Source: Clostridium sp. CAG:1000
GTDB taxonomy: Bacteria > Bacillota_I > Bacilli_A > RF39 > UBA660
DNA: 64,000 nt
Assembly: GCA_000436975.1 (NCBI GenBank)
Contig: HG000336.1
Location: 26,519-90,518, forward strand
Reading direction: 5' to 3'
Under the pieces are notes generated by a model, which was not told the DNA's origin, did no database searches, and saw nothing but the letters and a program-made list of their open reading frames with translations. How positions within the stretch are numbered: position 1 is the first letter of the stretch; each line of letters starts with the position of its first letter. The position numbers were made by a program, and so were the translations under genes. Of this stretch, positions 37,826-48,482 are shown piece by piece.

Positions 37826-38470
37826 ATGCTATGTATCTCCTATTTTAATTTTATATTCATCATCAATAAAACTATAACCATTACCTAATTCTTTCATAAA
37901 TGATGGTATATCTTCTAATATTAAATTATGTAATACTTTCTCTGTTATTATTTCTATATTATTTGTATTCTTTATTAATATTGGATCTGGTACTAAATCT
38001 TTTACTTCGAGTTTTTCTTCTTTAATTATTTTATTCTTTGTTTCATCTGGTAATCTTTCATATTCTTTCGATTTAACTATGTATTCAAGTTCTCTTTTAG
38101 ACATATTTTTATTTATTATTTGTTTTACATAATAATTAATTTCATTATTATCTTTCAATGTAAAAAGCACTCTTAAATGACTTATTGATAATTTGGTCCC
38201 CAGTGGGGACCATTTTTGTTTTTTAAAGAACAAATATAACTGTTTCATTCTTCTTAACGTTCTTTCATTATATTTTGTACCCACTTCTATCACTAATTTT
38301 TTAGAATATTGCTTAATAATATTCGCTCCATATTTACCGCCTGCTTCATTTAGCAATTTACCTATTTCATAATATGTTATTACTCTATGCCTTTCTTTTG
38401 AATAATCTTTTACTCTCTCATATGTTTCATTATCAATTATCTTATTTTTTATTTCTTCATAATAATCCAT
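37580..38470 (-). pseudogene. YhcG/DUF1016-family PD-(D/E)XK nuclease gene interrupted by a single in-frame TAG (…YKIKIGDT*HKIDLLLFNIKYNAYVVLELKV…)
   Basis: N-terminal 213 aa ORF 37829..38470 (YYEIGKLLNEAGGKYG...LSISHLRVLFTLKD...LGNGYSFI). It continues in the same frame after the TAG into the DUF1016 C-terminal PD-ELK core. Confidence 0.55.
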
Positions 38471-38559
38471 GTTTTTATCCTCCTATTATAATAATTAGTC
38501 ATAAAAAACAAAAACACTTCATTTTTTGAAATCTTTTTAAACAAATAAAAAAGATATAG

Positions 38560-39090
38560 TTATTTATTTTCTATATCTTTTAAACCTAAACTTAAAGTTT
38601 TCTCTTCTATTTTATTATTTATAGCATTAACATCTACTTCGTCCTTATATTCAGCATCTATTTCATGGCCACCTAATACTTTTAATGATAATTTAAGATT
38701 AGTAAGTGCTGTATCACAAATTGAATCATTTTTCTTTCCTATAAGAACAATTAAATCTCCTATTTCATTATTAAAATCAGTTATTTTAAATACTTCTAAT
38801 CTCATTATATTCCTTTTAATTATATTAAGTAATTCTTGTTCACTATTTATTTCTTCTATTGTATTAGTTATTTCTTCACATAATTCTTGTAATCTAACCA
38901 TTATTTTAGGATTTTGATCTATTAGAAATACATCTAATGATAATTTAAGTCTAGCTTTTTTTAAATGATTTAGTGCTATTTTTCTTAATCTAATCATTAA
39001 ATTGAAATCATTCCATAGAGAATCAAAACTTTCTTGTATTACTTTTTCTTTTTCTATTTCTTGTTCAATTAATTTTTCTATTGTTCTCAT
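38560..39090 (-). CDS. hypothetical protein (176 aa) downstream of mutS (not MutL)
   Basis: ORF only. Confidence 0.4.
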   Translation of the reverse strand: MRTIEKLIEQEIEKEKVIQESFDSLWNDFNLMIRLRKIALNHLKKARLKLSLDVFLIDQNPKIMVRLQELCEEITNTIEEINSEQELLNIIKRNIMRLEVFKITDFNNEIGDLIVLIGKKNDSICDTALTNLKLSLKVLGGHEIDAEYKDEVDVNAINNKIEEKTLSLGLKDIENK

Positions 39091-39092
39091 GA

Positions 39093-41621
39093 TTATTCCT
39101 CACTTTTCTTTTTAATTTCATCTAGTATATTTATTGCTTGCATAGGTGTTACTTCTAGTGGATTAATTGTTTTTATATATTCTCTTAATATATCAGTTTT
39201 AGTATCTAAATCTAATGTAAATTGTTTTATTACTTTTTCTTTTTTATTACTTTTATTTTCATAAAAAACAAGTAGTTCATTTGCTCTATCAATAATATTA
39301 TTAGGTAAATCTGCTAGTTTAGCTACATTTATACCATAACTTTTATCAACTGAACCAGGTAATACTTTATGTAAGAATGTAATATTTCCTTCTTCTTCTA
39401 ATGCTTTTACATGAACATTTTTAATACCACTATATTTATTTTCCATTTCAGTAAGTTCATGATAATGTGTTGAGAATAGTGTTTTACATTTAATATTTTC
39501 ATTAATATATTCTATTATTGCACCAGCAAGAGACATACCATCATATGTACTTGTCCCACGACCTAATTCATCAAATAATATTAAACTTTTTGATGTAGCA
39601 TTCTTTATAGCATTAGCACTTTCCTTCATTTCTACCATGAATGTACTTTCTCCACCTACTAAGTCATCACTAGCACCTATTCTTGTAAATATCTTATCAA
39701 AAATAGGTATATTACACTTTTTAGCAGGTACATATGAACCTATTTGATTAAGTATTGCTATTATACCAAACTCTCTCATATAAGTTGATTTACCACTCAT
39801 ATTAGGTCCAGTTATTATTAATATATTAGTATCTTTATCCATTAATATATCATTATCAATATATTCACTTTCAATAACACTTTCTACAACAGGATGTCTA
39901 CCTCCAATTATTTCAACTATATTATCATTATTAATAGTTGGTTTTATAAAGTTATAGTCTTCTGCTATCTTAGCAAAAGATTGAATACAATCATAATATG
40001 CTATTTTAGATGAAACTGTTTGTAATTTAGAAATAGATTTTTTTATTTCTTCTTTTATAGATATGAATATTTGATATTCTAAATTATTTAATTTTTCTTC
40101 AGCAGTTAATATTAAATTTTCTTTCTCTTTTAATAACGGAGTTATATATCTTTCACAATTAGATATAGTTTGCTTTCTATCATAATTAAATTCTTCTTTA
40201 ACTAAATTAATTTGTCCTTTAGGTACTTCAATATAATAACCAAATACTTTATTAAATCCTATTTTTAATCCTTTAATACCAGTTCTTTCTTTTTCTTCAT
40301 GTTCAAAGTTTGATATAAAGTCTTTACCATTAGTTTTAATACTTCTTAGTTCATCTACTTCACTATTATATCCATCTTTAATAATGCCTCCTTCTTTTAT
40401 TGTAAAAGGAGCATCTTCTTTAATAGAAGAGTCTAATAGTTCATATATATCATCAAATGTCTCTAATAGTGGAAGATCATAACGTTTTAATATTTCATTT
40501 ATATTAGGTAATACTTTTATACTACCCTTTAACTGTAACATATCTTTTGCAGTAAGTGTAGAACATGCTACTTTACCTGTTAATCTTTCTAAATCATATA
40601 TTTCATATAATAAATTTCTAAGTTCACTAGTAGATATAAAATCATTTATAAATTTCTCTGTTAAATTTTGCCTTTTAGTTATTTCATCTACATCAATAGA
40701 TGGGCTAATAATAAAACTTTTTAATAATCTACTTCCCATTGCTGTTTTAGTTTTATCCATAAAACCAAGTAAACTATTTTGTCTTTCTTTACTTCTTATT
40801 GTTTCAACTAATTCTAAGTTTTTAATACACTCTTTATCTAAATCTAAAAATATACTTGTGTCGATATATTCAACCATTTGTATATGAGTTATATCTTGTT
40901 TTAAACTATTAGTTAAATAATTTAAAAGTAATGATGTATTTTTTATTAATTTATCATCAGTTATATTTTGAAATATATTATGTGATGTATAAGTTTCATC
41001 ATTATCATAATATGAAATATAAATATTATAGTTATTTTTAAGTATATTAACTACTCTTGTATCAAAGTCTTTATTTAATACTAATTCTTTTATATTTAAA
41101 TTAACTATTTGGCTTATTAGTTTATCAATATCATGTTTTATAAGTGACGCACAAACTTTTCCACTTAAAAGATCTGCATATGAAAGAGCATAGACATAAC
41201 CATAATCTTTTATACTTGCAATATAGTTAAAATCTTTTTCATTAACTATTTCAGGACTAGTAAGTGTTCCTTTACTAACTATTTGTATTACTTCTCTTTT
41301 AACAATACCTTTAGTTGTCTTAGGATCTTCCATTTGTTCACATATGGCAACTTTATATCCTTTGTCTATTAATTTTTCTAAATAAACATTTAAAGCATGA
41401 TGAGGTATTCCACACATAGGTACTCTTTCACTAAGTCCACATTGTTTACCGGTTAGAGTAAGTTCAAGTTCATGACTAGCAGTAATCGCATCATCAAAAA
41501 ACATTTCATAGAAATCCCCTAATCTATAAAATAATATTATTCCTTCATATTCACTTTTAGTTTGAAGGTATTCCCTCATCATTGGACTAACTAAATTTAA
41601 ATCAACATCTTTTCTTTCCAT
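39093..41621 (-). CDS. mutS: DNA mismatch repair protein MutS
   Basis: Full-length. Walker A GPNMSGKST. N-terminal mismatch-binding domain GDFYEMF. Confidence 0.95.
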   Translation of the reverse strand: MERKDVDLNLVSPMMREYLQTKSEYEGIILFYRLGDFYEMFFDDAITASHELELTLTGKQCGLSERVPMCGIPHHALNVYLEKLIDKGYKVAICEQMEDPKTTKGIVKREVIQIVSKGTLTSPEIVNEKDFNYIASIKDYGYVYALSYADLLSGKVCASLIKHDIDKLISQIVNLNIKELVLNKDFDTRVVNILKNNYNIYISYYDNDETYTSHNIFQNITDDKLIKNTSLLLNYLTNSLKQDITHIQMVEYIDTSIFLDLDKECIKNLELVETIRSKERQNSLLGFMDKTKTAMGSRLLKSFIISPSIDVDEITKRQNLTEKFINDFISTSELRNLLYEIYDLERLTGKVACSTLTAKDMLQLKGSIKVLPNINEILKRYDLPLLETFDDIYELLDSSIKEDAPFTIKEGGIIKDGYNSEVDELRSIKTNGKDFISNFEHEEKERTGIKGLKIGFNKVFGYYIEVPKGQINLVKEEFNYDRKQTISNCERYITPLLKEKENLILTAEEKLNNLEYQIFISIKEEIKKSISKLQTVSSKIAYYDCIQSFAKIAEDYNFIKPTINNDNIVEIIGGRHPVVESVIESEYIDNDILMDKDTNILIITGPNMSGKSTYMREFGIIAILNQIGSYVPAKKCNIPIFDKIFTRIGASDDLVGGESTFMVEMKESANAIKNATSKSLILFDELGRGTSTYDGMSLAGAIIEYINENIKCKTLFSTHYHELTEMENKYSGIKNVHVKALEEEGNITFLHKVLPGSVDKSYGINVAKLADLPNNIIDRANELLVFYENKSNKKEKVIKQFTLDLDTKTDILREYIKTINPLEVTPMQAINILDEIKKKSEE

Positions 41622-41663
41622 AATGCTTATTATATATCACAAAGTACATTTATTCAAATAAAA

Positions 41664-41694
41664 TATTAAAAAAGCAAAGAATTTCTTTGCTTTA
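41664..41694 (-). terminator. intrinsic terminator after dtd
   Basis: On the minus strand, AAGCAAAGAA-ATT-CTTTGCTT followed by TTTTTTAATATTTT. Confidence 0.7.
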
Positions 41695-42147
41695 TTATTT
41701 TTTAAATAGTTCATCACTATCAAGTATTATTGTAACAGGTCCATCATTATATATTTCTACTTTCATATCAGACCCAAATATACCAGTACTTACTTCTATA
41801 TATTTACTTAATTCTTGATTAAAATAATCATAAAGTTTACTTGCTTCATCCGGTTTCATAGCATTTATAAATGATGGTCTATTTCCTTTTTTAGAGTCAG
41901 CATATAAAGTAAATTGACTAATACTTAATATGCTTCCATCAATATCTTTAATACTAAGATTCATCTTATCATTTTCATCTTCAAATATTCTTAAATTAAG
42001 TATTTTATTAATCATTTTATCAACAATATCAGTTGTATCACTATGAGTAAAACCAACTAATAAAACATAACCTTTATCAATACTTCCATTTACTTTATTA
42101 TTTATTGTAACTTTACTTTTTTTACTTCTTTGTACTACTACTTTCAT
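41695..42147 (-). CDS. dtd: D-aminoacyl-tRNA deacylase
   Basis: MKVVVQR...SQFTLYADSKKGNRPSF signature. Confidence 0.9.
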   Translation of the reverse strand: MKVVVQRSKKSKVTINNKVNGSIDKGYVLLVGFTHSDTTDIVDKMINKILNLRIFEDENDKMNLSIKDIDGSILSISQFTLYADSKKGNRPSFINAMKPDEASKLYDYFNQELSKYIEVSTGIFGSDMKVEIYNDGPVTIILDSDELFKK

Positions 42148-44243
42148 TAGATAAATATCCTTTCTACTGATGATACACTACTTATAGTTTTAATTTCATC
42201 TATGAATTTATGCAAATCATTTATATTTTTAACTTTACATGTTATATCATAAAATAATTTATTATTTCTATTTATTAGATTTATTGAGTCAACTATTATT
42301 TCTGATTTAGTAGATAAAGTTATTATCTTTAATAGAATATCACTTACTTCATCTATATATACTTTTATTTTAGCAGTATATCTATTATTGGCCTCCCCCT
42401 CCCAAGATGCATCAATAAGTCTTTCACTATTTAAATCAATATTAGGACAGTTCTTAGAATGAATTTTAACTCCATAACCACGAGTTATATATCCAACTAT
42501 ATCTTCACCATAAACAGGATTACAACATGTCGCTAAAGTACATAATATATCATTACTACCTGCAATGACAATTCCACTTTCATTTTTATTTTTTCTTCTC
42601 TCTAGAGTTATTTGCTTCTTTTTAGGCTCTCTTATTTCAAGTCTTCCAAGTATTGATGATGGTAAATATCTTAAAGTTGCTACTGAAAAATATATATCGT
42701 CAAGTGAATCCATTGATAACATATCACATAATTTTTCAACATTCTCTTCACTAAATACATCATTTATATCAACATTCTTTTTCTTACATTCATTTATCAT
42801 CATTTCATGGCCAAGACTAATATATTTTTCTCTTTCTTTTTTATAGAAAAAAGATTTAATTCTACTTTTAGCAGCCTCAGTCTTGACTACTTTTAACCAA
42901 CCTCTTGATGGTGTATGTCCTTTTTTAGTTATTAATTCTACTAAATCTCCATCTTGAAGTTCATAATCGAGTTTAACCATTTTATTGTTAACAAGTGCTC
43001 CTGTAGTTGTATTACCTACTTCACTATGTATTTTATATGCAAAGTCTATCGGAGTCGCACCACTTGGAAGCTCAATAATGTCTCCTTTAGGAGTATAAAC
43101 ATAAATTTCATTTCTTTTTAATTCTTCTTTAATATTTGTAAAGAAGTTCATATTTTTTTCTATATCATTTACTTCTACTAGTGCCCTAAATTGTTCTAAA
43201 ATACGGTCTAGATCATTTTTATTAGCTCCATTAGTATGTTCTTTATAACTCCAGTGAGATGCAACTCCTTTTTCTGCTATTTCATCCATCTCATATGTTC
43301 TTACTTGAACCTCAAAGATTCTTTTATCTTCACCAAAAACTGTAGTATGTAAGCTTTGATACATATTAGGCTTAGGGTTTGCAATAAAATCTTTAAATCT
43401 ATTAGGAATTGGAGAATATTTTGCTTGTACAAGACCAATTACTCTATAGCAGTCTTCAACTGTATCTACAAGTACTCTTATTCCAAGCAAATCATATATT
43501 TCTTCCCATTTTCTACCTTTTTTAAGTTTATTATATATACCTCTTACGGACTTAACTCTTGATAACATTTCATATTTAATATTATGATGATCAAGTATAG
43601 TTTTTATTTCTTCTTTCATATGTTCTAATGAAAGTTCAAGTTCTTCTTTGGAAGCATTTATTTTTTCTTCAACACTTCTATACCCTTCTGGATCAGAATA
43701 CTGTAAACATAAATCCTCCATCTCACTTTTCATCTTTTTCATGCCAAGTCTATGCGCAATTGGTATATAAATATTTTGAGTTTCAGTTACTATATATTTT
43801 ATATGTTCTGCATCATGTACTTTTAATGTTCTAAGATTATGAAGTCTATCAGCAAACTTAATAAATAGTGTTGCTGGATTTTCAGAAAGACCTACTATTA
43901 TTCTTCTATACTTCTCAGGATTGTTTATTTTAAATGTTTGTTTTAAATTACTTATTTTGCTAATACTATTAACTATATCAGCACTAGCAGTACCAAACAT
44001 TTCTTCAACCTCTTCATAAGTCATCTTACCAAGAGTAATTGCTTCATGTATCAAAGCACACCCTATAGTCACAGGATCCATTTTAAGTTCGGCTAAGATA
44101 TATGCAACATTAATAGGATGCATAATATAATCTTCTCCAGTTTCTCTCTTCATTCCTTCGTAAATTATCTTTGCTTGATTATAATATTTATCTACAAAAT
44201 CAATATATTCACTATCCATATAAGTTTTTAATAAATCAAGCAA
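42147..44243 (-). CDS. relA: bifunctional (p)ppGpp synthetase/hydrolase RelA/SpoT
   Basis: HD domain (HPINVAYIL...), synthetase domain, and TGS and ACT C-terminal domains. 698 aa. Confidence 0.9.
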   Translation of the reverse strand: MLDLLKTYMDSEYIDFVDKYYNQAKIIYEGMKRETGEDYIMHPINVAYILAELKMDPVTIGCALIHEAITLGKMTYEEVEEMFGTASADIVNSISKISNLKQTFKINNPEKYRRIIVGLSENPATLFIKFADRLHNLRTLKVHDAEHIKYIVTETQNIYIPIAHRLGMKKMKSEMEDLCLQYSDPEGYRSVEEKINASKEELELSLEHMKEEIKTILDHHNIKYEMLSRVKSVRGIYNKLKKGRKWEEIYDLLGIRVLVDTVEDCYRVIGLVQAKYSPIPNRFKDFIANPKPNMYQSLHTTVFGEDKRIFEVQVRTYEMDEIAEKGVASHWSYKEHTNGANKNDLDRILEQFRALVEVNDIEKNMNFFTNIKEELKRNEIYVYTPKGDIIELPSGATPIDFAYKIHSEVGNTTTGALVNNKMVKLDYELQDGDLVELITKKGHTPSRGWLKVVKTEAAKSRIKSFFYKKEREKYISLGHEMMINECKKKNVDINDVFSEENVEKLCDMLSMDSLDDIYFSVATLRYLPSSILGRLEIREPKKKQITLERRKNKNESGIVIAGSNDILCTLATCCNPVYGEDIVGYITRGYGVKIHSKNCPNIDLNSERLIDASWEGEANNRYTAKIKVYIDEVSDILLKIITLSTKSEIIVDSINLINRNNKLFYDITCKVKNINDLHKFIDEIKTISSVSSVERIFI

Positions 44244-44280
44244 TTCATCGTAATCATAGTTTTTAATAAGATCAACTCCC

Positions 44281-46506
44281 TTAGAAATTAACGCCTTTAA
44301 CTTTCATTTCAGTTGGTTCATCATCCTCTTCTTCTGGACGATCCATACTTCTTCTTTCAAGTAACATCCATACTTTAGGTGCAATTAACAATGATGATAT
44401 AGTACCAGCTATTAAACCAACAAGAATAGCTATATTAAATGTTAAAATATCATTAAGCCCTACACATAATAATGTAATTATTGCAGCTACTGTTGTAATA
44501 CTAGTCCATACATTTCTCGTAATAGTTTCATTAGATGATACATTCACTAAATTTTCAAGTTCTTCTTCTGTTAATTTCTTTTTATTTTTATATAATTTAT
44601 TTCTATTATCTCTAATTCTATCAAATACAACTATTGTATCATTAATAGAATAACCTACGATTGTAAGAAGTGATGCCACTATTATAAAGTCTACACTTAT
44701 ATTAAATATAGCAAATATTGAAAGAGTTATTAATAAATCATGTAACAACATCAATATACCAGAGGCAGCATAATTAAAATTAAATCTAATTGTTACATAA
44801 AGTATTATTGCTATTATTGAATATATAAGTGCCTTAATAGCATTCTTAGTTAAATTATTAGTAACTAAATTACTTATTTCATTAACAGATGTATCTATTC
44901 CTAATGCTTTTAATTCAGATTTAACTTTAATTTCATCTTCTTCATTTAAAGTATCATTAAGTTTTAAATATCCTTCAGTTTTACTATTTAAATAAGTATC
45001 ATAATCTCTCAAATCATAGTCTTTTACAATTTCTTTTATTTTATTAAAATTTAAAGGTTCACTACTAGATAGATTAATTTGTGTACCTCCTGTAAAATCA
45101 ACGCCAAAATTAAATCCACGAACTAGTACAAATATTAATCCAATTGCAATTATTGATAATGAAACAATTATAGGCTTCTTTGCAAATTTAGCATAGTTAA
45201 ACTTTCTAACTTCATGAACACTACCAATAAATAATTTTTCATTATCGTTAAATACTTTTGTTTTAACAGTCATAATTTGTAATACACGGTATAAAATAAC
45301 ACAAGCAAATATGGTTACAAATATTGTAATAATAAGCATAGTTGCAAATCCTTTAACAGATGATTCACCAAATATATAAAGAATTACACCAGCTAGTAAA
45401 GTTGTTACATTTGCATCTATAATAGCTTTTAAACTACTCTTGCTTCCTTCATTAACAGCAGATATTAACTTTTTACCTTTTCTAAGTTCATCTTTAATTC
45501 TATCATTTGATATTATTATTGAGTCTACTGCCATACCTATACCTAATACTAATGCAGCAATTCCTGTTAATGTAAGCACTCCACCTACAGCGTTATAAAT
45601 AATAAATACAAGTAATGCATATACAAATAAACAAACACTACCAATAAGTCCACTTATTCTATACTTAAATACTAAAATTAATGATATTAATATAAATGTA
45701 ATTATACCAGCAATACCAGTCTTAGTAATAGTTTCAGCTCCAAAAGATGGAGACACGCTCTTAGGTGTTGCCTCTTCACTTAATTTAGTAGGAAGAGAAC
45801 CACTATTTATTAAATCTACTAAAGTTTGCGCTTCTTCCTTAGTGAAGTTTCCTTGTATTACGACACTTCCACCATCAAGGCCTTCTTTAACACTAGCGGC
45901 AGATATACACTTCATATTAGAGTCTTTACCACATGTTAATTTTTCATTCTCATAAGAATCTAACTCTTCATTATAATCAAGCCATATAACTATCATATTA
46001 TTTCCATTAGTTCTTTGTGATATTTTTTTGGTTACTTCATAGAATTTAGCAGTATCTTTTATGTCAAGCTTAACTTCATATTGAAAACTTTTACTATCTT
46101 GCGTAAGTGAGGCTCCATTATTTCCAAGGATATCACTAGTCATTAATAATTTATCATTAGTGTCTCTAAATGATAACACAGCTGTTGTACTAATTCTTTG
46201 TCTTGCTTCTTCTTCATTAGATACTCCAGGTAATTGAATTCTAATTAAATTATTTCCCTCAAATGCAATAACAGGTTCACTAACACCTAATGTATCAATT
46301 CTGTTAACAATAGCTGTATATGTTTTATCTAAATCATCTTCTGTTAATTCTTTACCTTTTTCTAAAGGCTCAATTTTATATAGTATTTCAAATCCTCCTT
46401 GAAGATCAATACCATAACTAATATTTTTAAGTGTAGGCTTAATCAAAAAAGCCCCAAGTGTTATAATTGCTATAACAATTAACAATGGTTTTAATATTTT
46501 TTTCAT
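44281..46506 (-). CDS. secDF: protein translocase subunit SecDF (fused)
   Basis: 741 aa with two 6-TM bundles plus periplasmic domains. Confidence 0.9.
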   Translation of the reverse strand: MKKILKPLLIVIAIITLGAFLIKPTLKNISYGIDLQGGFEILYKIEPLEKGKELTEDDLDKTYTAIVNRIDTLGVSEPVIAFEGNNLIRIQLPGVSNEEEARQRISTTAVLSFRDTNDKLLMTSDILGNNGASLTQDSKSFQYEVKLDIKDTAKFYEVTKKISQRTNGNNMIVIWLDYNEELDSYENEKLTCGKDSNMKCISAASVKEGLDGGSVVIQGNFTKEEAQTLVDLINSGSLPTKLSEEATPKSVSPSFGAETITKTGIAGIITFILISLILVFKYRISGLIGSVCLFVYALLVFIIYNAVGGVLTLTGIAALVLGIGMAVDSIIISNDRIKDELRKGKKLISAVNEGSKSSLKAIIDANVTTLLAGVILYIFGESSVKGFATMLIITIFVTIFACVILYRVLQIMTVKTKVFNDNEKLFIGSVHEVRKFNYAKFAKKPIIVSLSIIAIGLIFVLVRGFNFGVDFTGGTQINLSSSEPLNFNKIKEIVKDYDLRDYDTYLNSKTEGYLKLNDTLNEEDEIKVKSELKALGIDTSVNEISNLVTNNLTKNAIKALIYSIIAIILYVTIRFNFNYAASGILMLLHDLLITLSIFAIFNISVDFIIVASLLTIVGYSINDTIVVFDRIRDNRNKLYKNKKKLTEEELENLVNVSSNETITRNVWTSITTVAAIITLLCVGLNDILTFNIAILVGLIAGTISSLLIAPKVWMLLERRSMDRPEEEDDEPTEMKVKGVNF

Positions 46507-46517
46507 GTTTTTTCCTC

Positions 46518-46859
46518 CTAAAGATTATTATCGTTTTTTGTAGTTACCCTTTGCATTTTATTAGTGACATAATTATTAATTTCAAGATTATTCGTAAATA
46601 ATATATCACTTATAAGATCACATAGTTGTAAATCATGTTTCTTTTTCCAATTTGTTTCAACAAGATAGTTCCATATATCCTCTTCATAAATATTTTTATA
46701 ACCTAAGCCTCTAAGTTCTTTAACTTTAGAATACAAAGCAGGTTTAACTCTATCATATAGTTCTTTAATACTTTTAAATTCTATAGATTTATTCATATAC
46801 TTCACCAAAATAATTATACAATAGATTAATAAAAAAAGATAGTTATTTAAGTTATACAA
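46518..46859 (-). CDS. ComN/YrzD-like post-transcriptional regulator
   Basis: EEDIWNYLVETNWKKKHDLQLCDLISDIL block. Sits immediately upstream of secDF, as yrzD does in Bacillus. Likely start MNKSIEF (internal Met). Confidence 0.45.
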   Translation of the reverse strand: MYNLNNYLFLLIYCIIILVKYMNKSIEFKSIKELYDRVKPALYSKVKELRGLGYKNIYEEDIWNYLVETNWKKKHDLQLCDLISDILFTNNLEINNYVTNKMQRVTTKNDNNL

Positions 46860-46864
46860 TTATG

Positions 46865-47174
46865 TATTTTCTTTCAATTATTCTAGTATCACTACAATAT
46901 TCATCAAAATCTTTTAATTTTAATAGTTCACGATAATGAGACCAGCTTAATTGTGAACGAATACGTACACTTTTTCATTCCTAAATAATATATAGAATTT
47001 TCTCATATTCATAAGATTTTTATAACCATATTTCTTATCATTTAAATCAATAGTTAATTTAGTGGAATATTCTTTTATTAAATTTTCACCATATTTTGCT
47101 CTAGTTAAACCACCTTGTGCCTCTGTGATTAATCTTCCTACATTATAATAATTAGCCATAAAAAGAAAAAACAC
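46865..47174 (-). pseudogene. third remnant of a YhcG/DUF1016-family gene (N-terminal ~100 codons, frameshifted)
   Basis: YYNVGRLITEAQGGLTRAKYGENLIKEYSTKL... then, shifted by one frame, ...QLSWSHYRELLKLKDFDEY. These are homologous to the N-terminus of 37829..38470. Confidence 0.5.
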
Positions 47175-47216
47175 TTCTTTTTAAAAGATTTAAGTAAAAA
47201 AAATAAAGATTGCTCT

Positions 47217-48482
47217 TTATTTTATAGTTTTAACTATTGATATATTATCAAATTCAAGTGACTTTAATACTTCATTTGCTTTTTCAAAAGTCATATCATT
47301 AATTTTAGAATATTCATTATAATCAAGACCTTCATCCATTATAATAGATTCACATATAATATATTCTATATCTTCTATATTATCAAAATCACATATATAA
47401 CCTTTTAAATATAGCTTTTTCTTTCTTTCAAAATCACTTTTTGTAAGTTTTAATTTATTTACATCTTTTTTAATTCTTTCAATAAATAAATTACCATCAT
47501 TAGTAAACGCTGAACAACACAAGACAACATAGTCATCTATTATATTAATTCCACCACTCATACTAATAACAATATTTTCATTTTTATACTTTTCAAATAA
47601 TTCACTAGTAGCAGAAAAATTATTAGATAATATTATATTTAAATATAATCTCAATAATGTGTTATCCTCTATATTAAAGTTGCTTCTTGGTATTTTTGTA
47701 GCAATCTTCACCCTTACATTTTCTGCATTCTTTGTTATTTCTTCGTAAGGAATAGATACCTTTTCATCATCTTTTTTCTTTATAATTTTAGGTATCTCTT
47801 TATTCGGTAATTCTAAATGTGATATATATTCTTTAATTTCTTCTAGTATTTCATTAGTATCAAAATCTCCGGTCACTATTATAAAAGTATTTTTTGGAAT
47901 ATAAAAATTATTATATATAGTCATTAAACTATCTTTAGTTATTTTTTCAATATCACTTCTTTCACCTACTACAGTATGTTTCATAAATGAATCATTAAAT
48001 AAATTATTGTATAAATGATCATACATCAATCTATCAATATTATCTTTATACATATCTATTTCTTCACCAATAATGCCCTTTTCCTTTTTAACTGATTCAT
48101 CAGTAATGTCAGGATGATAGAATAAATCTAAAAGTATCTTTAAGTTTTCTTTAATATTAATGCTTCCAAATATATTGTAATTTGTTCCCCTATAACTGGT
48201 CCATGCATTTGCAAGGCTACCAAGTTCATTTATTTTTTTTGAAACTTCAATATTTTCTGATAGAGCCATAACTTTATGCTCTAAAAAGTGAGCAGAGCCA
48301 GGTATTACATCATATACTTTATTTGAAACTTTGTATTTTTCTACACATGCACCATATTTAACAGATATTGAAAGATAAAAGTTTTTTGTTTTTTTAGTTG
48401 GATACATATATATAGTAATACCATTGTCTAATTTTTCTATAAATAATTCTTCATCTACTCTTTCAAATGTTTTTTTAATCAT
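47217..48482 (-). CDS. M16-family zinc peptidase (active subunit, HxxEH)
   Basis: HFLEHKVM inverted zinc-binding motif. Confidence 0.75.
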   Translation of the reverse strand: MIKKTFERVDEELFIEKLDNGITIYMYPTKKTKNFYLSISVKYGACVEKYKVSNKVYDVIPGSAHFLEHKVMALSENIEVSKKINELGSLANAWTSYRGTNYNIFGSINIKENLKILLDLFYHPDITDESVKKEKGIIGEEIDMYKDNIDRLMYDHLYNNLFNDSFMKHTVVGERSDIEKITKDSLMTIYNNFYIPKNTFIIVTGDFDTNEILEEIKEYISHLELPNKEIPKIIKKKDDEKVSIPYEEITKNAENVRVKIATKIPRSNFNIEDNTLLRLYLNIILSNNFSATSELFEKYKNENIVISMSGGINIIDDYVVLCCSAFTNDGNLFIERIKKDVNKLKLTKSDFERKKKLYLKGYICDFDNIEDIEYIICESIIMDEGLDYNEYSKINDMTFEKANEVLKSLEFDNISIVKTIK

